From positions 1 through 43,768 of the forward strand of contig JBPYDW010000272.1 in the NCBI GenBank assembly GCA_051986335.1: a stretch of DNA of 43,768 nucleotides. The letters run 5' to 3'. Shown piece by piece: positions 1-10,400 of this stretch. The DNA is from Vulcanimicrobiaceae bacterium (lineage in GTDB: Bacteria > Vulcanimicrobiota > Vulcanimicrobiia > Vulcanimicrobiales > Vulcanimicrobiaceae). Every line of letters begins with the position of its first letter. Within the stretch, counting starts at the first letter, position 1. Both the position numbers and the translations under genes were made by a program. The notes under the pieces were generated by a model. The model did no database searches, was not told the origin of the DNA, and saw nothing but the letters and a program-made list of their open reading frames with translations.

Positions 1-2096
1 AGCGGTTGCAGCTTGGTGTTGGGCGTTGGTCCGCTGGCCTTCCACGATCCAAACGCCGATTCGAGCGCGGAGCGAACGCGATCGGGAGAGAGGTCGCCGA
101 CCACGACGATGCTGGTGAGATCGGGCCGCCAGTACGAACGTGCGTAGGCCAGGACGTCATCGCGTGTAATCGCCGAAACGGTGTCGTGCGAGGCGAAGCG
201 CAACGCCGGATCGTCGGGCGCGAGCAGCAGATGCGCGTAAGCGTGATCGGCCATGACGCCCGAGATGTTGTTCTCAGACTGCAGGCTGTTGGCGAGCTGA
301 TCGCGTTCCAGCGTGAACCAGGGATCGGGGAACGTTGGATTGATCTGGCCGTCGGCAACGATGTTCAATATGCGCTGAAAGTCGGCGGACATGCCTTGCG
401 CCGAAAACGAGGTACCATTGTTGACGACGGCGCCCAGCTCGTCGACGGTCTTGCGGCGAACTTCGAAGGGGTAATTGGCGCTCCCGTAGTCTGCCGCAGC
501 CGAGGCCAGGCGCGAAATACCCTCGCGGGCATACGGCTGAAACGCCGGGGTCGAGCTGATCTCGCCGCGCAGCAAGAACGTTGGACGATCCGGCTTCTCT
601 TGCACGATGACGTGGATGCCGTTGGAGAGCGTAAACGCGATCGGGCGCAATTTACTGCGTGCGGTGGTGGGCGTGGCGGCGGCCGTTCTTACCCAAGCGG
701 GTTCGACGATCGGACCGTTCGGGACGCGGTTGGAGAAGTTGTCGCTCGCGCCGGCGGTACTCTTTTCCGAGTTACCTTTTGGCGGCGTGTCGCTGGGCCG
801 AAGATGCCCAACCACGGTCGGATGCGCCATGTAGCGCTTGAGCGCGGCATCGAGATCCGTGGGTGTAAGCGAGGCGAGCCGTTTGTCCTCGTCGCTGATG
901 CGCTCTCCGACAACGCCGTACGTGTATCCGACGAGCGCGCCGAAACCGGTGATGGAGTCTGCAGAGTACACGCGCTCGGCGACCGTTTGCGCCCTGGCAG
1001 CGGTGGCGAGGTCGGGCGAAATGCCGTTGGCGATGAGATTATTCATCGTCGTTTGGAAGACGGTCTGGGCCTCGTCGCTGCTGTGCCCGGGATTGAGCGT
1101 GATGAAGACGTGGAGCAATCCGCCCTTGAGCTGGGTATCGGCGTTCGCATCGATGTCGAGCGCGATGTTGCTCTGCACCAGCGCCTGATAAAACGGCGAA
1201 CGCTCGTTGGGAATCAGCGTTGCGAGCGTGCTGACCTCAGGCTCGCCCTTCTCGGTATCGCCCGGCACGGCGTAGGCGAGGTCGAGCACTTCAAATGGGA
1301 ATGGAAAGGCCGACTCCACCGTCGCGCCGCTTGTGGCCTTCGGGCTGGCCAGTGCGATGGCGGGAAGTTTCTTGGATGGAATGTCGCCGAAGAAACGCTT
1401 GGCTTTGGCAAAGACGGTCGCGTGATCGACGTCGCCGGCGACGATAAGCGCGGCGTTGTTCGGCGCGTACCACTCATCGTAATAGCGTTTGATGTCGGCC
1501 GCGGTGGCATCGGCGACGTCGCTACGCTTTCCAATCGGCGTTCGCCCGTTGGGCAAACCCGGATACGCCGCCGCGCGAACGCGCGACAGGAGACTGAAGA
1601 AAGGCGACGAGTCGTCGCCGTCGAGTTCGGAGAGCACGGCACCGCGTTCGATGTTCCAGTCTTCTTGATGGATCAACGCGTCGTGCATGCGCTCCGATTC
1701 GAGATAGAGCGCAACGTCGGCTTTATCGGCAGGCATCACGAAATAGAACTGCGTGTAATCGTAGTCGGTCTCGCCGTTCATTTCGGCCCCGAGACGAGCG
1801 GTGATATCGTCTAACGCACCGGCCGAGACGTGTTCGGTGCCGCGAAAGGTCATGTGCTCGAGCGCGTGAGCGAGGCCGGTCTTTCCGGGCGTCTCGTACA
1901 GCGAGCCGAAGCGATACCAGGTTGCCACCTGAACGACGGGGGCAGCGTGGTCCTCAACGACAACGACTTTGAGACCGTTGCCCAAGGTGGTGGTATAGAC
2001 ACCGCCGTCGCCGGGGGCGGCGTGTGCAGAGCCGGCACAGACGAGAAGGAGGGCGGCAAGCGCAACGGCCAGGGTGGGAAAAGAACGGCGGTTCAC
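1..2096 (-). CDS. M16 (pitrilysin/insulinase) family zinc peptidase, secreted; 3' end cut by the window edge
   Basis: Absent from the ORF track because it runs off the left edge. The minus frame is open from a GTG at 2096 (AAGGA Shine-Dalgarno upstream) to base 3. Hand translation gives the signal peptide VNRRSFPTLAVALAALLLVCAGSAHA, then the inverted-zincin motif GLAHALEHMTFRGTEH (HxxEH). The last visible residues (...FGSWKASGPTP) look like the second, inactive M16 half. The listed + ORF 6..1814 is its codon-aligned antisense shadow. Confidence 0.85.
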   Translation of the reverse strand, partial: MNRRSFPTLAVALAALLLVCAGSAHAAPGDGGVYTTTLGNGLKVVVVEDHAAPVVQVATWYRFGSLYETPGKTGLAHALEHMTFRGTEHVSAGALDDITARLGAEMNGETDYDYTQFYFVMPADKADVALYLESERMHDALIHQEDWNIERGAVLSELDGDDSSPFFSLLSRVRAAAYPGLPNGRTPIGKRSDVADATAADIKRYYDEWYAPNNAALIVAGDVDHATVFAKAKRFFGDIPSKKLPAIALASPKATSGATVESAFPFPFEVLDLAYAVPGDTEKGEPEVSTLATLIPNERSPFYQALVQSNIALDIDANADTQLKGGLLHVFITLNPGHSSDEAQTVFQTTMNNLIANGISPDLATAARAQTVAERVYSADSITGFGALVGYTYGVVGERISDEDKRLASLTPTDLDAALKRYMAHPTVVGHLRPSDTPPKGNSEKSTAGASDNFSNRVPNGPIVEPAWVRTAAATPTTARSKLRPIAFTLSNGIHVIVQEKPDRPTFLLRGEISSTPAFQPYAREGISRLASAAADYGSANYPFEVRRKTVDELGAVVNNGTSFSAQGMSADFQRILNIVADGQINPTFPDPWFTLERDQLANSLQSENNISGVMADHAYAHLLLAPDDPALRFASHDTVSAITRDDVLAYARSYWRPDLTSIVVVGDLSPDRVRSALESAFGSWKASGPTPNTKLQP

Positions 2097-2111
2097 GATG
2101 GAGTTTCCTTA

Positions 2112-2978
2112 TTAGGGCAGGCCTTCGCTGCCGGCAAGTCCGAGATAGTATGCAGATGCTGCGGTGAGCGCGTCGAGCGGCAGGCAGCCAATGAGCTCGC
2201 CGTTCGCTATCTCGACGTCATGTTCCGCGGCGAGTGTACGAACGCACTCAACCACACGGTGCAATGGTACCGCAGTGTAATCGGTAACGTTCAAAGAGAC
2301 CTGAACGTGCCGGGCCGCCGGGAAAGCAAGCGCGCGGAGGCTGTGCAGCCCGCCATGCTTTTCACGCAGCGTCCGGGCGATCTGCCTGCCTACACCCATG
2401 TCCTCGGTCGCCAAGAGCACGTTGAACGCCACCAGCACCGGTCGCGCCCCGATGGCGATCGCACCCGCGCTGGGGTGGATGGCGTCACCGACGTCGGGGC
2501 GGTCGCCGGCCGCGAAGCGCGCGCCGAGGCCTTCGAATCCGCCTCTGCGTACTTCCGGCAGCGCCCGCCGGTCGGGACGCATCGCTGCAGCGCCATACAA
2601 GAAGGAAGGAACGCGCCACCGCTGCCAGATCTGCTCCGCTGCCGCCCGCGCGAGGGTGACCGCACCCTCCATGGTTGCGCCGTCGCGAAGCGGCACGAAC
2701 GGGAGAACGTCCAGCGCCCCGATCCGCGGATGAACCCCGCTGTGCCGTTGCAAGTCAATGCGCTGCGCGGTCGCTCCCGCCAGGGCCACCGAAGCGGCCA
2801 CGACCGCAGCGGCATCACCGGCAATGGTCAGCACGCTGCGATGATGGTCAGCGTCGCTGCCGTAATGCAGGAGCTTTGCGCCGCTCTCTTCGACGCTGCG
2901 AAGCACGGCGCCGATGGTTTCGCGATCGCGCCCTTCGGAGATGTTGGGGACGATCTCGTAGAGCGGTTCTCGGCTCAT
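2112..2978 (-). CDS. glutamate formimidoyltransferase (FtcD N-terminal transferase domain only)
   Basis: The hallmark N-terminus MSREPLYEIVPNISEGRD is present. I took the start at the internal ATG 2978, which lies 4 nt after the radA stop (TAA 2983-2985). The ORF-track start at 3095 would overlap radA. No cyclodeaminase domain follows. Confidence 0.8.
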   Translation of the reverse strand: MSREPLYEIVPNISEGRDRETIGAVLRSVEESGAKLLHYGSDADHHRSVLTIAGDAAAVVAASVALAGATAQRIDLQRHSGVHPRIGALDVLPFVPLRDGATMEGAVTLARAAAEQIWQRWRVPSFLYGAAAMRPDRRALPEVRRGGFEGLGARFAAGDRPDVGDAIHPSAGAIAIGARPVLVAFNVLLATEDMGVGRQIARTLREKHGGLHSLRALAFPAARHVQVSLNVTDYTAVPLHRVVECVRTLAAEHDVEIANGELIGCLPLDALTAASAYYLGLAGSEGLP

Positions 2979-2982
2979 CTCT

Positions 2983-4302
2983 TTAGCGCGAAAGAGCGAG
3001 TCCGATCGCTTGTGCGATGTCGGTGCAGTTTTCCGGCGAGTAGATCGTACGATACCCCAACTTGCGCGCTTCCGCGTTGCGCCGCGCAGTGCCACTCACG
3101 CTGCGCAGCTCACCGGCGAGGCCGAGCTCGCCGAACGCGGCGCTCTCCTGCGCCATCGCCACGTTGCGAAACGATGATGCAATTGCCAGCGCTATGCCGA
3201 GGTCGGCCGCGGGCTCGTTCACCCGCAATCCGCCGGCTACCGATGCGTAAACGTCATGGGAACCCAACTGCAAACCGGCGCGCCGCTCCAACACTGCAAG
3301 GATCATGGCCAAGCGGGCCTGATCGAGATTGTTGGCGAGCCGGCGCGGCGTGCCGTATGTCGTCTCTCCGACCAGTGCTTGTACTTCGACCAGCACCGGA
3401 CGCGAGCCGACCATCGACGCGACCACGCATGCCCCGGGCGGTCGCGACGCGTTCTGTGAAAGGAACAACTGCGATGGATTGCCGACTTGGCGCAGGCCGT
3501 CATCGCCCATCGAAAATACGCAGATCTCATCGATCGAGCCAAAGCGGTTCTTGTAGGCCCGTAGGATGCGGTACTCGCCGTTGTTCTCTCCCTCGAAATA
3601 CAACACGGTATCCACCAGATGTTCGAGCAGGCGCGGCCCGGCGATGGCGCCGTCCTTGGTGACGTGCCCAACGATGAAGGTTGCGCAGCCCGTGCGCTTG
3701 GCGAAGTCCATCAAAGCCTGGGTGCAGTCGCGTATCTGCGAAACGCTTCCGGCGTAGCTTTCCGCTTCGGGCAGCCACACCGTCTGAATCGAGTCGACGA
3801 TCAACGCACCGGGCACCGCCTTGTCGAGATAGTCGAGAACGGCGCGCACGTTCGTCTCCGCGAAGATCAGAATGTCGGCGGAAAGCCCGAGGCGAGCCGC
3901 GCGCAACTTCACTTGCGCGGCCGACTCTTCGCCGCACACGTAGACGACCGGACCGTTTGCCGCGGACAGACGCGCCGCAATTTGCAGCAGCAGGGTGGAC
4001 TTGCCGGCGCCGGGCGGTCCGCCGACGAGCGTCAAGCTCCCCGGGACGACACCGCCGCCGATCGCCGCATCGAATTCGTCGATGCCGGTACGGATGCGCG
4101 CAACGCCGGCCGATTCGACCCCGCTTAACGGAACGGGCGCGGTGGACGTGCGTGTCGCTCGCGTTGCACCTCGCGACGGTGCGACCGTAAACGGCCGCTC
4201 GTCGAATGTGTTCCAGCTTTCGCATTGCGGGCAACGCCCGAGCCAGCGCGCCGACTCAAAACCGCATGCCGAACAGAAATAGAGTGAACGCGCCTTAGCC
4301 AC
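2983..4302 (-). CDS. radA: DNA repair protein RadA/Sms
   Basis: Contains the zinc finger CSACGFESARWLGRCPQC, Walker A GGPPGAGKST, the KNRFG motif (YKNRFGSIDE) and a Lon-protease-like C-terminal domain. GTG start at 4302 with an AAAGGAG Shine-Dalgarno about 7 nt upstream. Confidence 0.95.
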   Translation of the reverse strand: MAKARSLYFCSACGFESARWLGRCPQCESWNTFDERPFTVAPSRGATRATRTSTAPVPLSGVESAGVARIRTGIDEFDAAIGGGVVPGSLTLVGGPPGAGKSTLLLQIAARLSAANGPVVYVCGEESAAQVKLRAARLGLSADILIFAETNVRAVLDYLDKAVPGALIVDSIQTVWLPEAESYAGSVSQIRDCTQALMDFAKRTGCATFIVGHVTKDGAIAGPRLLEHLVDTVLYFEGENNGEYRILRAYKNRFGSIDEICVFSMGDDGLRQVGNPSQLFLSQNASRPPGACVVASMVGSRPVLVEVQALVGETTYGTPRRLANNLDQARLAMILAVLERRAGLQLGSHDVYASVAGGLRVNEPAADLGIALAIASSFRNVAMAQESAAFGELGLAGELRSVSGTARRNAEARKLGYRTIYSPENCTDIAQAIGLALSR

Positions 4303-4380
4303 TGCCGACTCCTTTAGATGCTCGCCGTGCTCGGACCCGCGGCGGGGTGGTCGCCGCTCTTACGCGAAACCGGCTCGAAC

Positions 4381-5070
4381 GTGGATTCCCCGCTACAGAT
4401 TGCGATCGACGGCCCGGTGGCCTCGGGTAAGACAACCGTCGCGCGTCAGCTTGCCCAGCGCCTGCACATCGATTACCTCGATACCGGTGCGATGTATCGC
4501 GCGCTGGCGTATTTGGCGCTGCAACACCGCATCGATGCCGACAACGGTGCGGCGCTCGTTCGGCTTATGCACGACCGCGGCGTGCGTGTCGAACTGGGCA
4601 CGAACGCTCCGCTGGGATTTCACGTTTTTGCAGACGGCGCCGAGCTGAATGACGAGGCATTGGAATCCAACGAGGTGACGGCGATCGTCTCGACGATTGC
4701 CAAACATGCGGCGGTCCGCGCGGCGATGGTCGAAGAGCAACGCGGCGTCGCCGATGCCAACGCGATCGTCATGGCCGGTCGCGACATCGGCACGGTAGTG
4801 CTCCCCAACGCACCGGTAAAGATCTTCTTGGATGCCTCGGTTGCCGCGCGCGTCGAACGCCGCTACGCGCAGCTGGCGGCAGCCGGGGTTGACGTTAGCG
4901 CCCATCGCCTTGCCGAGGAGATCGAAGAACGCGATCGGCTGGATCGCGGGCGAGCCGTCTCGCCGCTGGTGCCGGCGCGCGACGCGCAGGTGATCGATTC
5001 GAGCAACCTGTCGGTCGACGACGTCGTGAACCGGATCTGTGCGATCGTCGGCGACCGTGCGCGGACGTGA
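4381..5070 (+). CDS. cmk: cytidylate kinase
   Basis: Contains the IAIDGPVASGKTT P-loop and the YLDTGAMYR motif. I chose the GTG at 4381 because it leaves 6 residues before IAIDGP, as in characterised Cmk. The ORF-track ATG at 4318 is the alternative, but it sits on top of the radA RBS. Confidence 0.85.
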   Translation: MDSPLQIAIDGPVASGKTTVARQLAQRLHIDYLDTGAMYRALAYLALQHRIDADNGAALVRLMHDRGVRVELGTNAPLGFHVFADGAELNDEALESNEVTAIVSTIAKHAAVRAAMVEEQRGVADANAIVMAGRDIGTVVLPNAPVKIFLDASVAARVERRYAQLAAAGVDVSAHRLAEEIEERDRLDRGRAVSPLVPARDAQVIDSSNLSVDDVVNRICAIVGDRART

Positions 5071-5666
5071 CGTTCTACGACGTCGCCAAATCCATCGTCC
5101 GCGTACTCACCAAGGTGCTGTGGCGCGTTCAGGCCTCCGGTCAACAGAATGTGCCGCCCAGCGGTCCGCTCATCGTGGCCGCCAATCACGTCTCGTACAT
5201 GGATCCTCCGGTGCTGGGCGCGTACTGTCCGCGGAAGATCTCGTACATGGCTAAGGTCGAGCTATTTCGGATGCCGATACTGGGACCGCTGATCCGCAGT
5301 TTGGGAGCCTATCCGGTGGATCGCGGGGGCAGCGCCAAGACAGCGATCAAGCGCTCGGTCGAGGTGCTCGGGCAGGGAGGCGCGATCGGCATCTTTCCCG
5401 AGGGCACGCGCAACCTCGACGGATCGGTGCGACCGCAAACCGGGGCTGCGCTGTTGGCCTCGCTGACCGGAGCTGCGGTGGTTCCGGCCGCGCTGGTGGG
5501 TACGGGGAAATGGATGCAACTGCATCCGATAAAAGTCGCTTATGGCTCGCCGCTGCGCTTACCGCAGCGGAAAGCAACGCGTGAAGAGCTGGCGAAGTTC
5601 ACGGATGACATCATGGGCGCGATCCACGCGCTTGCGGAGAGCATTGGTGGAAATTCGAAAGGCTAA
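5067..5666 (+). CDS. plsC: 1-acyl-sn-glycerol-3-phosphate acyltransferase
   Basis: Contains the HX4D motif (NHVSYMDPP) and the FPEGTR motif. The GTG start overlaps the cmk stop (GTGA). Confidence 0.9.
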   Translation: MTFYDVAKSIVRVLTKVLWRVQASGQQNVPPSGPLIVAANHVSYMDPPVLGAYCPRKISYMAKVELFRMPILGPLIRSLGAYPVDRGGSAKTAIKRSVEVLGQGGAIGIFPEGTRNLDGSVRPQTGAALLASLTGAAVVPAALVGTGKWMQLHPIKVAYGSPLRLPQRKATREELAKFTDDIMGAIHALAESIGGNSKG

Positions 5667-6489
5667 GGTTCAAGGTTTCTGCTTCGGCGTAGCCATCACG
5701 GTGAAGAAGGCAGAGGAAGCCATTGCCCAGCGCGATGATGTGACGACGCTGGGGCACGTCGTGCACAACCCGCAGATGGTTGAATCGCTGGCGGACAAGG
5801 GTTTGAAGAACGCGCAGTCGGTCGACGAGGTCGAGAACGGCGCGCTGTTCGTGCGCGCGCATGGCCTTCCGGTCGAAGTCTTTGAAAAAGCGAAAGACAA
5901 GGGCCTAGAAATCATCGATGCCACCTGTCCGATGGTCACCAAGATTCACGTGCAGGCCGAGCGTCTGCGCGCCGAAGGGTACAAAATTATCGTCGTTGGC
6001 GATCCCACCCATCCCGAAGTCAAGGGAACGCTCAGCCACGTTCCGGGGGCCTGGTCCATCGAGACGGTGGAAGACGTTGCGAAGCTTCCACGCGGAAGCA
6101 AAGTCGGCGTAGTGGTGCAGTCAACCTATTCCGGCGAACGCTTTACCGATATCGTGAAGGTACTCAGCGAAAAGTACTACGAGGTTCGTGCGGTCAACAC
6201 CATTTGCACCGATACGCACAACCGGCAAGACGAGGCGCTTCGGCTGGCTTACGAAGTCGAGGCGATGGTAGTAGTCGGGGGGAAGACCTCGGCGAACACC
6301 AAGCACTTGGCCGAGCTGGCGCAAAAGCACGGCGCGCGTTCGTACCACATCGAAGGACCGGACGAGTTACGCGCTGAGTGGTTCGACGGGGTGAAAGTTG
6401 CCGGGCTGATGTCGGGTGCATCCACTCCTGGTTGGCTCGTCGACGACGTCGAGCGCCGAATGGAGGAACTCGCCCGTCAGCCTGCGTGA
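5647..6489 (+). CDS. ispH: 4-hydroxy-3-methylbut-2-enyl diphosphate reductase
   Basis: The N-terminus VEIRKAKVQGFCFGV matches the IspH/LytB start (xxGFCxGV). Conserved Cys/His blocks are present (ATCPMVTKIH, VVGDPTHPEV, NTICTDT). I moved the start to GTG 5647 (TTG 5644 is also possible); the track start at 5542 would overlap plsC by 125 nt. Confidence 0.9.
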   Translation: MEIRKAKVQGFCFGVAITVKKAEEAIAQRDDVTTLGHVVHNPQMVESLADKGLKNAQSVDEVENGALFVRAHGLPVEVFEKAKDKGLEIIDATCPMVTKIHVQAERLRAEGYKIIVVGDPTHPEVKGTLSHVPGAWSIETVEDVAKLPRGSKVGVVVQSTYSGERFTDIVKVLSEKYYEVRAVNTICTDTHNRQDEALRLAYEVEAMVVVGGKTSANTKHLAELAQKHGARSYHIEGPDELRAEWFDGVKVAGLMSGASTPGWLVDDVERRMEELARQPA

Positions 6490-7453
6490 ACGCTTCGAGG
6501 CGCATCTCGAGTCGTGCATAGTTTCGTGTCGGGGATCGTCCATGGTCCCCGACCTATTTTCGTACCATTTCGGGTACGGCGCACACGGGCCGGTGCGTCA
6601 GGGCAAGCGTTTGCGCCCAAGCATTCTGCTGCTGGTGACGCAGGAGCTTGGTGGCGACCCCGAGCTCGCTTTTGATGCCGCGGCGGCCGTCGAGATTCTG
6701 CACAACTATTCGCTCGTGCACGACGACATCGAGGATCGCGACGAATTGCGGCGCGGGCGGCCGACGTTGTGGGCACGCTATGGCTTGGCTCAAGCGCTGA
6801 ATGCTGGGGATGCAATGTCGGCGCTGAGTTTCTTGACGCTCGCGCGAGCCGTTGCGGCCCATCCGCCCGATCGCGTGCTGCAGATGATCGAATCGTTGCA
6901 ACACGCGCATCTGCGGATGTGCACGGGTCAATCGCTCGACCTGCAGTTCGAAACCGAATCCCGGGTGGACCTCGAGCACTACATGGCGATGGTCGAGGGA
7001 AAGACTGCGTCGCTGTTCGGCGCATCGAGCGAGCTGGGAGCGCTCAGTGCCGCCGCGGATAGCGCGACCGTTGCGTACTATCGGGAGTTGGGCGCCGCGT
7101 ACGGCCGCGCGTTTCAAATTCGCGACGACATGTTAGGCATCTGGGCCTCGGCCGATGCGACCGGCAAGACCCGCGGCAACGACATCGCTCGACGCAAGTG
7201 GACCTTCCCGGTAGTGTGGGCCCTCAACGGTCCGGACTCCCCGGCGCGCCGGGTCGTCGCAGGTGCATATGCTGCCGGCGGCGCCATCGCCGCGGCGCAG
7301 GTCCCGGCAGTGATTGCTGCCCTGGACGAATTGGGGGCGCGAGAGGCCGCGGACCGTGCGACCGCAGAAAATCTAGCGGTCGTCGAACGCCACGAGAAGT
7401 CCGGTGTTCGCGAGTTTCTTCTCGCCTCACTCACACCAGCCGTCGCCTCGTAA
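6416..7453 (+). CDS. polyprenyl diphosphate synthase (FPP/GGPP-synthase type trans-prenyltransferase)
   Basis: First Asp-rich motif LVHDDIEDRDELRRGRPT and second Asp-rich motif FQIRDDMLG. The start is uncertain: ATG 6416 overlaps ispH by 74 nt, and ATG 6542 is the next canonical option. Confidence 0.85.
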   Translation: MHPLLVGSSTTSSAEWRNSPVSLRERFEAHLESCIVSCRGSSMVPDLFSYHFGYGAHGPVRQGKRLRPSILLLVTQELGGDPELAFDAAAAVEILHNYSLVHDDIEDRDELRRGRPTLWARYGLAQALNAGDAMSALSFLTLARAVAAHPPDRVLQMIESLQHAHLRMCTGQSLDLQFETESRVDLEHYMAMVEGKTASLFGASSELGALSAAADSATVAYYRELGAAYGRAFQIRDDMLGIWASADATGKTRGNDIARRKWTFPVVWALNGPDSPARRVVAGAYAAGGAIAAAQVPAVIAALDELGAREAADRATAENLAVVERHEKSGVREFLLASLTPAVAS

Positions 7454-7467
7454 GGAGTAGCGCTCGC

Positions 7468-10400
7468 GTGAACGTATCGGCGAACGCACGCACGTCCGCT
7501 CGCCCGGCATCGCTGACCTGGATTCTGCCGGTTCTGGTCGTCGTCGGCGCAATATTGCGCTTGCTTTTTATCTCGAACGAGGGCTTCAAGAACGACGTCT
7601 CCTCGTTCGAAGCGTGGGCGATTACGCTCGCCGAGCATCCGACCTGGCAGTTCTACGACAAGGCGGGCTTCGCCGACTACCCGCCCGGTTATCTCTACAT
7701 TCTCGGATTCATTGGGCACCTTTGGGCTCTGTTCTTCAAACATTTCGATACCGGCTTCGTTTACCTCAAGTATCTCGTTAAACTGCCCGCCATCGTCGCC
7801 GATCTCTTCGTCGGCGTGTTGCTCTATCGGATCGTCTTACATTTTTCCGACGAGCGCTGGGCGCTGGGCGCGGCGGCGCTCTACCTGCTCAACCCGGCCA
7901 CCATTTTGATATCGGCAATGTGGGGGCAGGTCGACGCAATCTCCGGCGGTTTAGCGCTGTTGGCGACATACCTGTTGATCCTCGCCCAAGAGTCGCCGGG
8001 GAAACTAACGTCTCGAGTCGTTTGGGCGTGGCTGGCGCTGTCCTACTCGCTGCTCATCAAACCGCAGACGGCTGCAATCCTCATTCCGCTCTTCATCGCT
8101 TACGCTTTTGCCGACCGGGAGGCGCTGCAAGCCCGATTGCGCGCGACGGCAATTGGCGTCGTCGTCGGGCTGGTTGCGGTGCTCCTGCTGACCTTGCCGT
8201 TCCATCCAACGCTCAACCCGCTCGGCGCTTTCTCCTGGCTTCTCGATCGCTACCGGCACGGCGCCTCGGTCTATGCATACAATTCGGTGAACGCGTTCAA
8301 CCTATGGACGATTCGGGGTGCGTTTTGGCAAGCCGAAAACACGACGCTCGGAATCCCGCAGGCGGTGCTCGGCGCAATTCTCGTCGTGGCGGCGACCGCG
8401 CTCGTCATATGGCGTTACCTGCAAGCCCGCACTTCGCAGGCGCTGCTCGAATCGGCAGCGCTGCTGACCCTGGCCTTCTTCATGCTGGCAACCCGCATGC
8501 ACGAGCGATACATCTTCGACGGCGTGCTGTTCGTCATCGCCTGCATTGGATTTGCGCGGCGTTACTTGATCGTAGCGATCGTGCTGTCGCTGGTGCTGTG
8601 GGCAAATCTGCACTATTCGCTGCAGTACCTTCAGACCGTCACCCAAAGCCTGCCGGGCAACGCCACCGACCTATGGGGGCCGCTCGATCACCTTCTCTCG
8701 TTTGTCAACGTGGCCGCGTTCTTCTACTTGGGCTACATGTTCTTGGGTAGCGACGAACCGCTCACCCGCGTGAGCGTCAGTGGTGGACCGGGTGCGGCCG
8801 CTCTGCGTCGCCCGCCGGCAACGCTGACCGCACCGTCGGAGGCGGTCTCCGGTCCGCGCGGCTGGTTCGATCCGCGCGAGGGATTGATCGGCATGGCCGG
8901 CATCGACTACGTGTTGATGTCGCTCATCGGACTCGGATCGTTCATCCTGTCCTACATCAACTACTGGATACCGCGTGAAGAGATATTCGACGAGATCTAC
9001 TTTGCTCGAGCGGGCGAAGAGTATCTCAAACGGCTGCCGATCTACGAGAGCACGCACCCGCCGCTCACCAAGCTGCTCATCACGCTTTCGATGATGCTAT
9101 TCGGTGGGCTGCACGGGTCGGGCGATACCTCCACGGGCTGGCGGTTTCTCGATGTCGTCTTCGGCGCGTTCGTCGTGATGCTGCTCTATGCGTTCGCCAA
9201 GCGGATCACCGGTTCGACGGTCTTCTCGGCCATCGCCGCCTTGCTGTTTACCTTCGACGGCATGCACTTCGTGCAATCGCGCATCGCTACGCCCGAGGGC
9301 TTCGTCGTGTTCTTCTCGCTGGCGGCCGCCTACGCGTTCTACCGCTTTTGGATTGCCGAGCAGGTCAGCGTCCGCGCGTACATCGAGCAGCGCCGCGACG
9401 GCGCGATCGTCGCCATCGCTGCGGCAGCCGCACTGGCATTAGGGTTTCTCATCAGCTGGCTTATAGTCGGGACGCTCTTCAAACAGTCCGTCCCGGCGAT
9501 CGTCGTGGCCGGCGCCTACTTTGCGCTCGGCATCTACTTGTTGCTGCGACTGTTCGCAGCGCCGCGCGTGAGTCCCAGCGACTCGCAAGAGATCGGTTAC
9601 GCCGAAGGTTCGGTGGCGGTGCGCGGTCCCGACAATTCGCTGGTACTTACGACCGCCGATGGCGGCGTGCTGGACTCGCGAAGCAAGAACGCGCGCCGTG
9701 GCGCGGTCTCACAAGCCAAGGGCGGCAGTCTCTACTACGAAGCCGAGGAACTCGAGATCGTCTATAACCGCGACGCGTCGGTCGCGTACCGCACGCCGGA
9801 GGGCGATGCCCTCTATACGCCGGGCCGGATCGAAGCGGGCGGTCTTAGCCAAAACGGCAGTCATTCAAAATTCTGGCTGTTTGTTTTTACCGCTGCCCTC
9901 GGCTGCCTCGTGAGCAGCAAATGGTACGGCGTCATGGGCTTCGGCGTGAGCTTCCTGATCTTGATCCTGGTGTGGCTGCAGCGCTATTGGATACAGGGGC
10001 GCCGGCCCGCGCTGTGGGGAAACCCGCGCGGGTATCGGCTGGACGTGGCGCTGGTCTCGATCGTCTTCATTTCGGCGACAGTCTATGGCTTGGTTTGGAC
10101 CAAGGACGTGGTCAATCAGGCCGACATCCACAACTTGAGCGACGTCGTCTTGCGTCAGTACTCGATGTACGAGTATCACGCCAACCTGCGTGCGACGCAT
10201 CCGTACTCCTCCAAGTGGTGGGAGTGGCCGATCGACTACGTCCCGGTAACCTACTATTATAAAGACTTGCGCCATAACCACAACGACAACAACGAGGTCG
10301 GGGTGCGGGAGATAACGTCGCTGCCCAACCCGGCGATTTTGTGGGCCGGTTTGATCACCGTCCCATTCGTCGGCGTTCTGGCCTGGTACCAGCGCCGCAA

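Noticed and set aside
6-1814. A 602-aa plus-strand ORF, the longest in the left end of the track.
   Set aside because: It is the codon-aligned antisense shadow of the minus-strand M16 peptidase, whose HxxEH motif and signal peptide I could translate. The plus-strand product is Arg/Gly/Val-rich with no recognisable motif.
1830-3662. A 610-aa plus-strand ORF spanning 1.8 kb.
   Set aside because: It runs antisense across three well-supported minus-strand genes (the M16 N-terminus, the formimidoyltransferase and radA). Its composition (Arg/Ala/Pro/Cys runs) is typical of spurious high-GC frames.
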